A program made the translations under genes and the position numbers. A stretch of 44,836 nt of DNA from Pseudobdellovibrionaceae bacterium (GTDB lineage: Bacteria; Bdellovibrionota; Bdellovibrionia; Bdellovibrionales; JAMPXM01), in NCBI GenBank assembly GCA_023701225.1, contig JAMPXM010000002.1, positions 1-44,836 on the forward strand, written 5' to 3'. This document shows, one piece after another, positions 16,307 through 24,713 of the stretch (positions within the stretch are counted from its first letter, which is position 1; every line of letters begins with the position of its first letter). Below the pieces are notes generated by a model that was not told the origin of the DNA, made no database searches, and worked only from the letters and a program-made list of their open reading frames with translations.

Positions 16307-17812
16307 ATGGGAGGACACATGGGGCGGCTGCCCATCGTTCTGAGCTTGGCCATGATTCTGGGGGCTTGTAGCCAATTCGATTCCGCCATCATCAAGCCGC
16401 AGCCACGCAGCTCTCCTCAACCGAAGCCCATCACCACGCCGGTCAAAGCAGCGGATCAAATTCGTGTGCTCGGTGCTGATGGACAACCCCTTGCAAACGC
16501 GCGCGTCTTGATCGGCACCAAAGCGGACACGCCGTTTTCCGGCAATATTCTTTCGACCAATACCAACGGTGACGTCGCCTGCCCGCCTGCATGGGTGGAT
16601 CCGCTTCCCGTCACGATCGAAGCCACTGGCCACGTCCGTACAACATTCCTAGAACGCAGTCCCGGTGCCCATCTCTTCCAACTTCGCGCAACCCCTTCGA
16701 CGACTCAATTTGAAGTCAGCGGGGAAACCGTAAACTTCGGCCGACTTGCGAAAGACGGCTATGTCGATGCCGGTCTTGTCGTCCCCGCCGTGAGCCGCGG
16801 CGCCATGCTCAACTTTCAAATTTCCTCGCTCATCAGCCCCCAGTCCGACTGGCTTTCTCTGCCGATGGGCAAGTCCGTGCAGATCCCCGCGAACCTCACG
16901 CTTCCGTCGCAACGCGAGTCCTACATCGTGCCGATCACGCTGGACAAACCGAGATACCGAATCCCTGTCGCCGGTCCCGGCACGCACCGCTTAGTGGCGC
17001 TTCACGGACGGCTGCCGCTCAAGCAAGTGATCGATGACTTCAATGCCGGACGATCCATGTTTGATATTCTCAACGCTCTCGAAATTCAGGGCAGCGGCAC
17101 CCGGGATATCACCGTCACAACAAAGCCGGTCAGCCAACAAAACATCGCCGTCGACCAAATCCGCCACCGCAAGAAAATGCGCGTGCGCGCGCCAGCCTAC
17201 GATCCAAAACTCGTGATGCTCGCGCTCTCGCTCATCGACGACGCCGGTCTCGTTTATCCGGCCGATATCAAAAAACTGGAACCCAATCAAATTCGTGATC
17301 TGAACGATCCAGCGAACACAACCAATGCCGGCCTCCTGCTGAGTCTCCTACGCGCGCGCGACACAGGCTCAGGAACCACAGGTGCTCATGTGGATGAGTT
17401 CACGGCTGTCGTCCGTGCGGCGAATTTGACGTCCGTACCGGAGTTCATTCCGCTTTCACGTCCACCCGAAGTCCGCGGAACCTCTCTCGTACTCCATCCT
17501 CCGACAGCGCCGACGACCGTCGATCCACACCTCACATACGCGTCGCTCACTCGCGTCGTCTCGCGACAAACCGGATCCATTGCCTTTGAGAACAAAACTC
17601 CGGAGTGGGACGTGTTCGCCGACGGCTGGATCAGCACCATGGATCTTCCAGATCTTCCGTCCGGTGACACCAGCGGTGCGAAATATCGCTGGGAAGTTTT
17701 CTTTCTCGGTGATGAGATAGAGGGACAAAAGTCAGCGCAGCCCAGCCCCAAAGGCCCGGCCGCATTGGAGTCCATCAGCCATGTCAGTAAGAATGCCGTC
17801 GATCTCCCTTAA
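16307..17812 (+). CDS. lipoprotein, unknown function
   Basis: Lipobox LAMILGAC. The early IRVLGADGQPLANARVLIG resembles a carboxypeptidase-regulatory-like beta-sandwich start. Otherwise unrecognised. Confidence 0.6.
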   Translation: MGGHMGRLPIVLSLAMILGACSQFDSAIIKPQPRSSPQPKPITTPVKAADQIRVLGADGQPLANARVLIGTKADTPFSGNILSTNTNGDVACPPAWVDPLPVTIEATGHVRTTFLERSPGAHLFQLRATPSTTQFEVSGETVNFGRLAKDGYVDAGLVVPAVSRGAMLNFQISSLISPQSDWLSLPMGKSVQIPANLTLPSQRESYIVPITLDKPRYRIPVAGPGTHRLVALHGRLPLKQVIDDFNAGRSMFDILNALEIQGSGTRDITVTTKPVSQQNIAVDQIRHRKKMRVRAPAYDPKLVMLALSLIDDAGLVYPADIKKLEPNQIRDLNDPANTTNAGLLLSLLRARDTGSGTTGAHVDEFTAVVRAANLTSVPEFIPLSRPPEVRGTSLVLHPPTAPTTVDPHLTYASLTRVVSRQTGSIAFENKTPEWDVFADGWISTMDLPDLPSGDTSGAKYRWEVFFLGDEIEGQKSAQPSPKGPAALESISHVSKNAVDLP

Positions 17813-18374
17813 GTCACTTCACAGGCCACGCGCCTTGGCCACAGGCGTGCTCTCCGTCTTTCTTTTGCTGTCCACCGGCTGTGCCCTCTTCGGAGAAAAA
17901 AAACCGGCCCCCGTGCTTTCGCGACAACGCGTGTTTTTCGCTCCCGCCAACGAAGTCGAACGCGCATTGAAACAAGCGATGATTAAATATCCGCAAAAGA
18001 TCGACAACCCCGAAGCCGGAATCTTCGAAACGGACTGGATCAAAGGTGATCTTCGTTTTCGACCCGCGCACACGCCCACGAATTATCCGGAAGGCTACAA
18101 ATACAGAATCCTCGCCCGAATCGTGAAGGGCAAATCCACGTCCAAACCCGCGATCAAAGTCATCATCAGCAAACAAATTGAAATGCAGCGCGATTTCTTC
18201 ACAGATCCAGAAGCAATGCCGAGCGATGGGTTGGAAGAAACGGTTCTTCTTTATCGTATTAGCCGCGAACTTTCGATCGACAAGGCGATCCGGCGTGCGC
18301 AAGAGAAGTCGAACTCGAATGAATCGGTGCCTTCGGATGAAGAGGACGCCGGCAAAGAAAATACGGGCGGCTGA
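17781..18374 (+). CDS. lipoprotein, unknown function
   Basis: Lipobox LLLSTGCALFG. The likely start at 17793 overlaps the upstream gene's end. K/E-rich C-terminus. Confidence 0.6.
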   Translation: MSVRMPSISLKSLHRPRALATGVLSVFLLLSTGCALFGEKKPAPVLSRQRVFFAPANEVERALKQAMIKYPQKIDNPEAGIFETDWIKGDLRFRPAHTPTNYPEGYKYRILARIVKGKSTSKPAIKVIISKQIEMQRDFFTDPEAMPSDGLEETVLLYRISRELSIDKAIRRAQEKSNSNESVPSDEEDAGKENTGG

Positions 18375-18421
18375 TTCGCCAACGCATCCCTCGCGTTGGG
18401 TTCCGTCTCACCCGCCCCGCC

Positions 18422-19198
18422 TCAACCTTTATTGGCTTTCCACCATTTCAGCCATGCCGCCCGACGTTCGCCGACGCTACCGTCGGCGGGTCCGATGGTT
18501 TTCCTCGTCAGTCTCTCCAGAGCGAAGAGTGCGGGCGCGTGCATTTCGGTTTCCTTCTCGGCAAGCAGCGCGATGAATTTGTCCTCGCGTCCAGGTTTTT
18601 CCAACCGAGCCAACGCTTCGGCGATCTTGATTCGGACATAAAGGCTCTGCCCACCCTTGAAATTCTGGGAGGAGTGCAGTTGTTTCCAAAGCAAGTCGGT
18701 AGCCGATGGATCGCTCAATTCCGAGATCGTATCCACGGCCGATGCGCGAACGACCAAGGCTTTGTCCGTGATGAGTTGGCGAGCCGCTTTCAGGGCCGCC
18801 TCACGATCAATCGCGCGCGCCGCGATCAAACCCGCATTGCGCATGAACCAAACCTCGTGCTTCAAGGCACGATCGATTTCCGGGCGCGCGTCCTTGCCAC
18901 CGATTCGACCGGCGGCGGTGACTGCCTTCCAGCGCTCGTCCATTTTGGCTTGTTCATCGAACATGATTTCAACCAGGTTGCGGTATCCAGCCGGCCCCTG
19001 GCTGCGCAAACGACTGATCCGCTCGACCATCGGCAGGTTCAACGCTTCCTGGGTTTTCCGCATCGAAACGCGTTCGACTTTTTGCGCGAGGACGTCTTTT
19101 TTCGAAACCGCCGCTTCCGCCGGGGTCATCACGCCAAGCACTCCAGCCGAACCGCACACCGCCACGCACACTGCCGCGATCCATGACTTGTTTCTCAT
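18422..19198 (-). CDS. periplasmic HEAT-repeat protein
   Basis: Signal peptide, then repeated HEAT/PBS-lyase-like units: RWKAVTAAGRIGGKDARPEIDRAL, VWFMRNAGLIAARAIDREAALKAARQLI, ALVVRASAVDTISELSDPSATDLL. Confidence 0.7.
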   Translation of the reverse strand: MRNKSWIAAVCVAVCGSAGVLGVMTPAEAAVSKKDVLAQKVERVSMRKTQEALNLPMVERISRLRSQGPAGYRNLVEIMFDEQAKMDERWKAVTAAGRIGGKDARPEIDRALKHEVWFMRNAGLIAARAIDREAALKAARQLITDKALVVRASAVDTISELSDPSATDLLWKQLHSSQNFKGGQSLYVRIKIAEALARLEKPGREDKFIALLAEKETEMHAPALFALERLTRKTIGPADGSVGERRAAWLKWWKANKG

Positions 19199-20505
19199 CC
19201 TTTGTTCTCCTCATCATCCTTGAATTCGCCGAAGAGATCTTCAGCCGGAGGAACTTCGTCATTGCTGACTTCGAGAGACGGCTCCGGAGATCGCTCGGCG
19301 GCGACAGCCGGCGCGGCCGGAACGGAGGCCGCATTTACGTTCGCCCCATTCGGACTCAGCTCGCTGACTTCCGCCAAGAGTTTATCCGTGTCGAGAGCGC
19401 TCTCGAGCGCGTCCTCACCAACGGCGTTATGATCCAAGCTGGCGACTTCTTCGAGCATCTTGCTCGTGTCCAACACGCCTGCGAGAGGATCTTCCTCGCC
19501 CGCTCCGGCCGGTTCGGAAGCGGCCGCCAGCACCTCTTGATCCGGAATCACACTACTGCCCGGCTCGCTGGCTTTGAGCAACTCATCCACTTCCGCCTGT
19601 CCCGCGACGGGTCGTGAGCCTCCGGGAGCGCTTGGGCTCAGATCGAAGTCGCCGCTAATCTCGAATTTGTCCGGCTCCTGCGGAAGCGATGTCACAGCCT
19701 CCGCCTTCGGCGCCGCCTGCTCATTGACAGCCGCCGCGAATTGCTTCATGACGTCGTCGTCTTGATCAAGACCGAGTTTGTCCATCGGCTCGAAGGGACG
19801 CTCCGCGGATACGGGCGCGGGCTCTGCTGTTTTTTCCGGTGCCTTCTCGGCGGCCGCGACGCCTCCTTGGCTGCGAATCTCTTCAAGCTCCGCCTTGAGT
19901 CGCTGGTTTTCTTCTTTGTAGAGGGACAAATCCGCGATGTCGTCTTCGATGATGGAATACTCGGCCAAACGCGCTTCGAGGTCGCGAATCTTGTTCTGCG
20001 CCTCCAAAGACACGAGCGCATCGCCGCCAGTGGCTGGCGCCGCGCTCGCCTGCGTCTTCGCTTCTGCCAATGCGGCCTGCAATTCAGAAATTTTTTGTTC
20101 CCGTTCCGCGATCAATGCCGCGGTCGCAGCCGTATCGGCATCGCCTCTCTCGTTCGCGGACGCAGGCGCACTGGCGACCATCACGGGTGCGTGACTCAAA
20201 ACACGCTTGAGCGTGTCTTCCAACGCCCTCACATCCAATGACGATTCATGCGTCGCACCGTCTTCGGACTTGTCGTTGATCATGCGCCAGAGGAACACGA
20301 TTCCCGTCAACAAGGTGAGAGCGACAAGCGAGCCGATGACGACTTGATTGTGCCGATAGACGAACTCGGGAAGCGCCAAAATGTCCATTCCTCCATTGTG
20401 AAGATCAGCGCCGAAAGAATCAAGAAACCCCTCGCTCTCAGAGACTCGACTCAGGTCTTGGTTTTGCTCTTTCCGCCATTCCTCGCGCGTGCTATGACGC
20501 TTCAA
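19195..20505 (-). CDS. membrane-anchored acidic coiled-coil protein, unknown function
   Basis: One TM (VVIGSLVALTLLTGIVFLW), coiled-coil stretches (ISELQAALAEAK, IRDLEARLAE, ENQRLKAELEEIR), then a D/E/A/P-rich tail with repeated LDTsKmLeEV units. The stop overlaps the HEAT gene start by 4 nt. An alternative start is at 20388. Confidence 0.6.
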   Translation of the reverse strand: MKRHSTREEWRKEQNQDLSRVSESEGFLDSFGADLHNGGMDILALPEFVYRHNQVVIGSLVALTLLTGIVFLWRMINDKSEDGATHESSLDVRALEDTLKRVLSHAPVMVASAPASANERGDADTAATAALIAEREQKISELQAALAEAKTQASAAPATGGDALVSLEAQNKIRDLEARLAEYSIIEDDIADLSLYKEENQRLKAELEEIRSQGGVAAAEKAPEKTAEPAPVSAERPFEPMDKLGLDQDDDVMKQFAAAVNEQAAPKAEAVTSLPQEPDKFEISGDFDLSPSAPGGSRPVAGQAEVDELLKASEPGSSVIPDQEVLAAASEPAGAGEEDPLAGVLDTSKMLEEVASLDHNAVGEDALESALDTDKLLAEVSELSPNGANVNAASVPAAPAVAAERSPEPSLEVSNDEVPPAEDLFGEFKDDEENKG

Positions 20506-21893
20506 TGACGAACACTCTCAAGACACCCGCCAAACAAACCGCGAGCGCGGACCGATTCGACCTTGTCCTCAGCGGAGGCATCTGTGTTCTCCCCTCCCCA
20601 CATGACCCCGACCTTTTCGAACGTGCCGAAGTCGAAATCGCGGTGCGCGACGGCCGTATCGTCGCCATCGGCACGGGATTCGTGGCGAAAGCGGATCAGG
20701 TGTTCGACGCCAAAGGTCTGCATGTCCTTCCTGGCCTCATCGATACCCAGGTGCATTTTCGTGAACCCGGACTGGAACACAAAGAAGATTTAGAGACCGG
20801 TACGCGCGGCGCGATTCTCGGTGGCATCACAGGCGTCTTCGAAATGCCGAATACCAAACCACCGACGACCACGGCCGAAGCGCTGGCGGACAAGCTCCAA
20901 CGCGCATCAACCAAAAGCTGGTCCGAATATGCCTTTTACGTCGGCGCAACTCCCGACAACGCCACGACACTCACGGAGCTGGAACGGCAGCCCGGCTGCT
21001 GCGGCGTGAAAATCTTCATGGGCAGCTCGACCGGAACTTTATTGGTTTCCGAAGACGAGCACATCCACCGCGTTCTCCAGAACGGCCGCCGACGTGTCGC
21101 CGTTCACGCTGAAGATGAGGAACGCTTGCGCGAACGGCGCGAGCTCTTGGGAACTCAACCAAGTGTCAGCCAACATCCGCTCTGGCGCGACGACGAAACA
21201 GCGATTCGAGCGACTCGACGCCTGCTCGCGCTGGCTCACAAAGTTCGCCGTCCGATTCATGTCCTGCACGTCACGACAGCCGAGGAGATGGATCTTTTCC
21301 GAAAAAACAAGGATATCGACGTCACCGTCGAGGTGCTTCCGCAGCATCTCACGCTCTCGGCGCCGGATTGTTACGAACGGCTCGGCACGTACGCCCAGAT
21401 GAATCCGCCGATCCGTGATGCGCGTCATCGCGAAGCTCTTTGGAGAGCCGTTCAAGACGGCACCGTGACACTGCTGGGCTCTGACCATGCCCCGCATACT
21501 CGTGAAGAAAAGCAAAAGCCGTATCCGGAATCGCCCTCAGGCATGACCGGCGTGCAAACGATGGTGCCTGTGATGCTGGATCATGTCGCACAAGGACGAC
21601 TGAGTCTGGAGCGAATGGTGGAGCTTTTGGCCCGCAATCCGGCCCGTGCATTCCGCATCCAAAGGAAAGGCGAGATCCGAGTCGGCAATGATGCGGATTT
21701 CACCGTGGTCGATTTAAGGGCACGCCGTACGATCACGGATTCATGGATCGCGAGTCGATGCGGTTGGACGCCTTTCGATGGTATGACCGTCACCGGCTGG
21801 CCGTGTGCGACGATTATCCGTGGACAGCTTGTGATGCAAGATGACCAAACCCTAGGTACACCCCAGGGCCAGCCATTCGCCTTTGAGCTTTAA
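20505..21893 (+). CDS. pyrC: dihydroorotase (amidohydrolase, long type)
   Basis: DLVLSGG...VRDGRIVAIG...VLPGLIDTQVHFREPGLEHKEDLETGTRGAILGGITGVFEMPNTKP, then later HAED and GSDHAPH motifs. Confidence 0.88.
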   Translation: MTNTLKTPAKQTASADRFDLVLSGGICVLPSPHDPDLFERAEVEIAVRDGRIVAIGTGFVAKADQVFDAKGLHVLPGLIDTQVHFREPGLEHKEDLETGTRGAILGGITGVFEMPNTKPPTTTAEALADKLQRASTKSWSEYAFYVGATPDNATTLTELERQPGCCGVKIFMGSSTGTLLVSEDEHIHRVLQNGRRRVAVHAEDEERLRERRELLGTQPSVSQHPLWRDDETAIRATRRLLALAHKVRRPIHVLHVTTAEEMDLFRKNKDIDVTVEVLPQHLTLSAPDCYERLGTYAQMNPPIRDARHREALWRAVQDGTVTLLGSDHAPHTREEKQKPYPESPSGMTGVQTMVPVMLDHVAQGRLSLERMVELLARNPARAFRIQRKGEIRVGNDADFTVVDLRARRTITDSWIASRCGWTPFDGMTVTGWPCATIIRGQLVMQDDQTLGTPQGQPFAFEL

Positions 21894-21894
21894 A

Positions 21895-22045
21895 GAGAGC
21901 GCATCGGCGCGGGCATTTTTGATTTTAAGAGCGCATCGGCGCGGGCATTTTAAATTTTAAGAGCGCCTTGGCGCGGGCATTTTAAATTTTAAGAGCGCCT
22001 TGGCGCGGGCATTTCCAATTTCAGGGAGCGCACTGGCGCGTGATT
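21895..22045. repeat. four complete 32-bp tandem units (aagagcgc[atcg/cttg]gcgcgggcatttt[..]atttt) plus a degenerate fifth inside the 3-prime end of the minus-strand gene
   Basis: Read directly: units at 21895-21926, 21927-21958, 21959-21990 and 21991-22022. The degenerate copy agggagcgcactggcgcgtgatt starts at 22023. Confidence 0.95.
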
Positions 22046-22530
22046 GTGACCGCGGGCGATTCCGCCACGCCTAGCTGCGCCACGAGATGGAATGAGCCGC
22101 AGTCGAAATCATCTTTGGACAAGGTGACTGTGAATGCTCCGTCCTGACAGCTCACGAAGCCTTCTCCTAATTCCGCAGCCGCCTCATCACGAACGGTCCA
22201 GCGTAGAGTCGCACCCGATTGGTCCGGATCACACGTTCCCGGAAGCGTGATCATGCCACCGGACTCACCGGCCGCGATCGCAATCGGTTGATTGGTGGCA
22301 AACGCCAATTTGCCTTCGTTAATTTGATCGATCACGTCGACCGGACTCCCCTGTTGCTGCAAAGCGACTTTCACATCACCGATCGCCGAGGATCCCGCCG
22401 GAGTTGGCGCGCAATTTTGGTATTGAAACAAAAGTAGGAAGCCGAGCATGGAGAGAACCGAATATCTCGACCACTTATGAGTATTCATGACCGACCCCGC
22501 CTCGCGTGGCTTGCTCAAAGGCGACGCCAC
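22021..22530 (-). CDS. small lipoprotein, unknown function
   Basis: The likely start at 22488 gives MNTHKWSRYSVLSMLGFLLLFQYQNC. The mature part is beta-rich and has 4 further Cys. Confidence 0.6.
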   Translation of the reverse strand: MASPLSKPREAGSVMNTHKWSRYSVLSMLGFLLLFQYQNCAPTPAGSSAIGDVKVALQQQGSPVDVIDQINEGKLAFATNQPIAIAAGESGGMITLPGTCDPDQSGATLRWTVRDEAAAELGEGFVSCQDGAFTVTLSKDDFDCGSFHLVAQLGVAESPAVTITRQCAP

Positions 22531-22841
22531 GCACGTCCTACAAAAGTCCTCGATAACATCTCATCGGCAGGAGCCACGCCAAAATACAGACCAAAGTCCA
22601 CAGCGTGAGCCTGCCTTCCCTAAGAGCAATGCAGCCCACACGCCAGGTCTAATGCATTTCATTCGACTTGAGACCTGACCACTGTCGACTCGCTGCGGAC
22701 TCAAAATGAGAATTCGTGCTGAAACTCAGCAGTTCCGCCGAATTGCCGCGGCCCTGCATACCGGTGACACCGCTTAAGAGTTCGCCGCCCCAGAGTGAGA
22801 CGAGATTGCTTCCAAGAGTTGGCTGAGCTAAACCACAGAGA

Positions 22842-23759
22842 ATGGCGACCAAGGGTGAAAAAGGCTTTGATACATACTATGCGGATTTATTCGGCAGCCG
22901 ATGGGAGAGTCTGCGCAATGCTTTGCGTGCTCCCGTTCAGCAAGTCTTCCGTATCAACGCCTTCGCCGATGCACAATCCACTCGTGAGCGATGGGGCCAT
23001 GTCGCCCGCGAATCACTTGCGGGTGTCTCTTGGATTCGCGATGAGCAGGCGCAGGCACAAGGTGATTCTCGCGGGCTTCTCGATGGCTACCGTATGGATC
23101 TGGCCAGCATATTTCCCGCTTTGGCATTAGACGTGAAACCGGGCGATCGCGTATTGGACATGTGCGCGGCACCCGGAGGTAAAACGCTGATCCTCGCCGA
23201 AGCGCTGCAAGGTAAAGGCAAAGGCGAGCTCATCGCCAACGAAATTTCCGACAATCGACGCACGCGCCTGGCTCGCGTGATCCGCGAATATATACCGCAA
23301 GACTCCGGCGTAAAAGTCCAAGTGACTGGACATGATGCTGCTCGCTGGTGTTTGCACGAAAAAGACGCCTTCGATCGAATCCTACTGGATGCGCCCTGCT
23401 CCGGTGAACGGCATTTGCTTGATGATGCCAGTGAGATGAGAACCTGGTCCGAGGCGCGGTCGAAAAACCTCTCCGTGCGCCAGTACACGCTGCTCGCATC
23501 CGCGATCCAAGCCGTCAAGCCCGGCGGACGTATCGTCTACTCCACGTGTTCTCTGTCGACCCGCGAGAACGACTCGGTTATCGCGCGTCTGCTCAAGCGC
23601 AGAGACGGCGAAGCGCGCGTTCTCTCTGGCCGAGGGGCGCCGACATCGCTGCCGCACTACCCACCACCCATCGGTGAGCCGACGGATTATGGTTGGATGA
23701 TCCTGCCGGACACGACCGGCTATGGACCGATATACTTCGCGATTCTCGAAAAAATTTAA
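22842..23759 (+). CDS. RsmB/NOP2/Sun-family SAM-dependent RNA (m5C) methyltransferase
   Basis: VLDMCAAPGGKT (SAM motif), FDRILLDAPCSGERHL (motif IV Cys), GGRIVYSTCSL (motif VI Cys). Confidence 0.85.
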   Translation: MATKGEKGFDTYYADLFGSRWESLRNALRAPVQQVFRINAFADAQSTRERWGHVARESLAGVSWIRDEQAQAQGDSRGLLDGYRMDLASIFPALALDVKPGDRVLDMCAAPGGKTLILAEALQGKGKGELIANEISDNRRTRLARVIREYIPQDSGVKVQVTGHDAARWCLHEKDAFDRILLDAPCSGERHLLDDASEMRTWSEARSKNLSVRQYTLLASAIQAVKPGGRIVYSTCSLSTRENDSVIARLLKRRDGEARVLSGRGAPTSLPHYPPPIGEPTDYGWMILPDTTGYGPIYFAILEKI

Positions 23760-24673
23760 AGCGCGGTGGCGAGCGAAATATAATAGCGCGAGGTCGACGG
23801 ATCATAGAGATTCACGTCGTAGCGACCCTCTTTTATGAATTTATCTGACTGCAGGTAACCGATTCCAACATCCAGATAGCCCGTGATCTTATACGACAGG
23901 TTGGCATCGTAGGCATACTGCCCTCTGGGACGCGGTGGCACTTGCGCGTACGGACTCTGCTCACTCCACACATATTGCCCCTGAGCGCTCACGGAAGCCG
24001 AAATCGATTCTGTGAACGCATAACTCAGCCCCAACGTATGGGCCAATGCATGTTGTGGCAAAGGTGCTCCGCCGATCCGGGTTTGAAAACGATTGATTTG
24101 ATAACGGTAAAGAGGTGTATAGGACGCCGTAAGCTTTTTGCCTAAGAATTCGCGAGAGATCGGCAGCGCCAACGTCGGACGGCTGACAATGCCCTGCCGC
24201 CCAGACTCACGCGATGTCGGCAAACTGAGAGAGGGACGCGCCCTGACGGAGAATCCATTCCAATCCTTCAAAAGCAACCGAGTGTAAATCAAAGTTGTAT
24301 CATCGATGACAAACTCAGGCTCACCGTAAGGCACGACCATGTACTTGGTGCCTGTTTGCCGAAGACTGAAGGAGCTCGCGTCGCTCCACTTGTAGTTCAC
24401 GCTCAAGGTCACGTCGCTGTGGGCTTCGTGATCGCGGCGATGCTTCACATAGTATTCGCCGGAAGCACTCGCGGACCATGCGCTGCTCTTCGCCGGCAAC
24501 GAAGTCATCGAGGCAACCGAAGTCGCGGCCGATGACGTCGAAGAAGCCGTCACGCTTGGCTTCTTCGCTGTAACAGTGGAGGACGGCAGCGCGACGGACA
24601 CATCGGCCATAAGGCTCGACACCGCCATCAAAAATCCCGCCGCAGCTGCCACTGTCGCATTCAACTTCCGCAC
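23756..24673 (-). CDS. predicted outer-membrane beta-barrel protein
   Basis: Signal peptide, an S/T/A-rich linker, then alternating amphipathic beta-strand patterns (TLSVNYKW, SFSLRQTG, LGLSYAFT, ANLSYKITGYLDVGIGYL). Last gene of the protease operon. Confidence 0.5.
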   Translation of the reverse strand: MRKLNATVAAAAGFLMAVSSLMADVSVALPSSTVTAKKPSVTASSTSSAATSVASMTSLPAKSSAWSASASGEYYVKHRRDHEAHSDVTLSVNYKWSDASSFSLRQTGTKYMVVPYGEPEFVIDDTTLIYTRLLLKDWNGFSVRARPSLSLPTSRESGRQGIVSRPTLALPISREFLGKKLTASYTPLYRYQINRFQTRIGGAPLPQHALAHTLGLSYAFTESISASVSAQGQYVWSEQSPYAQVPPRPRGQYAYDANLSYKITGYLDVGIGYLQSDKFIKEGRYDVNLYDPSTSRYYISLATAL

Positions 24674-24713
24674 GCCGACTCTCCTCTTCCTCAGATCTCT
24701 CTCTGCATCAATT

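Noticed and set aside
21895-22045. Possible CRISPR array, because of regularly spaced ~32-bp repeats
   Set aside because: The units are directly contiguous with no unique spacers between them, and no cas genes are nearby. It is a simple tandem repeat.
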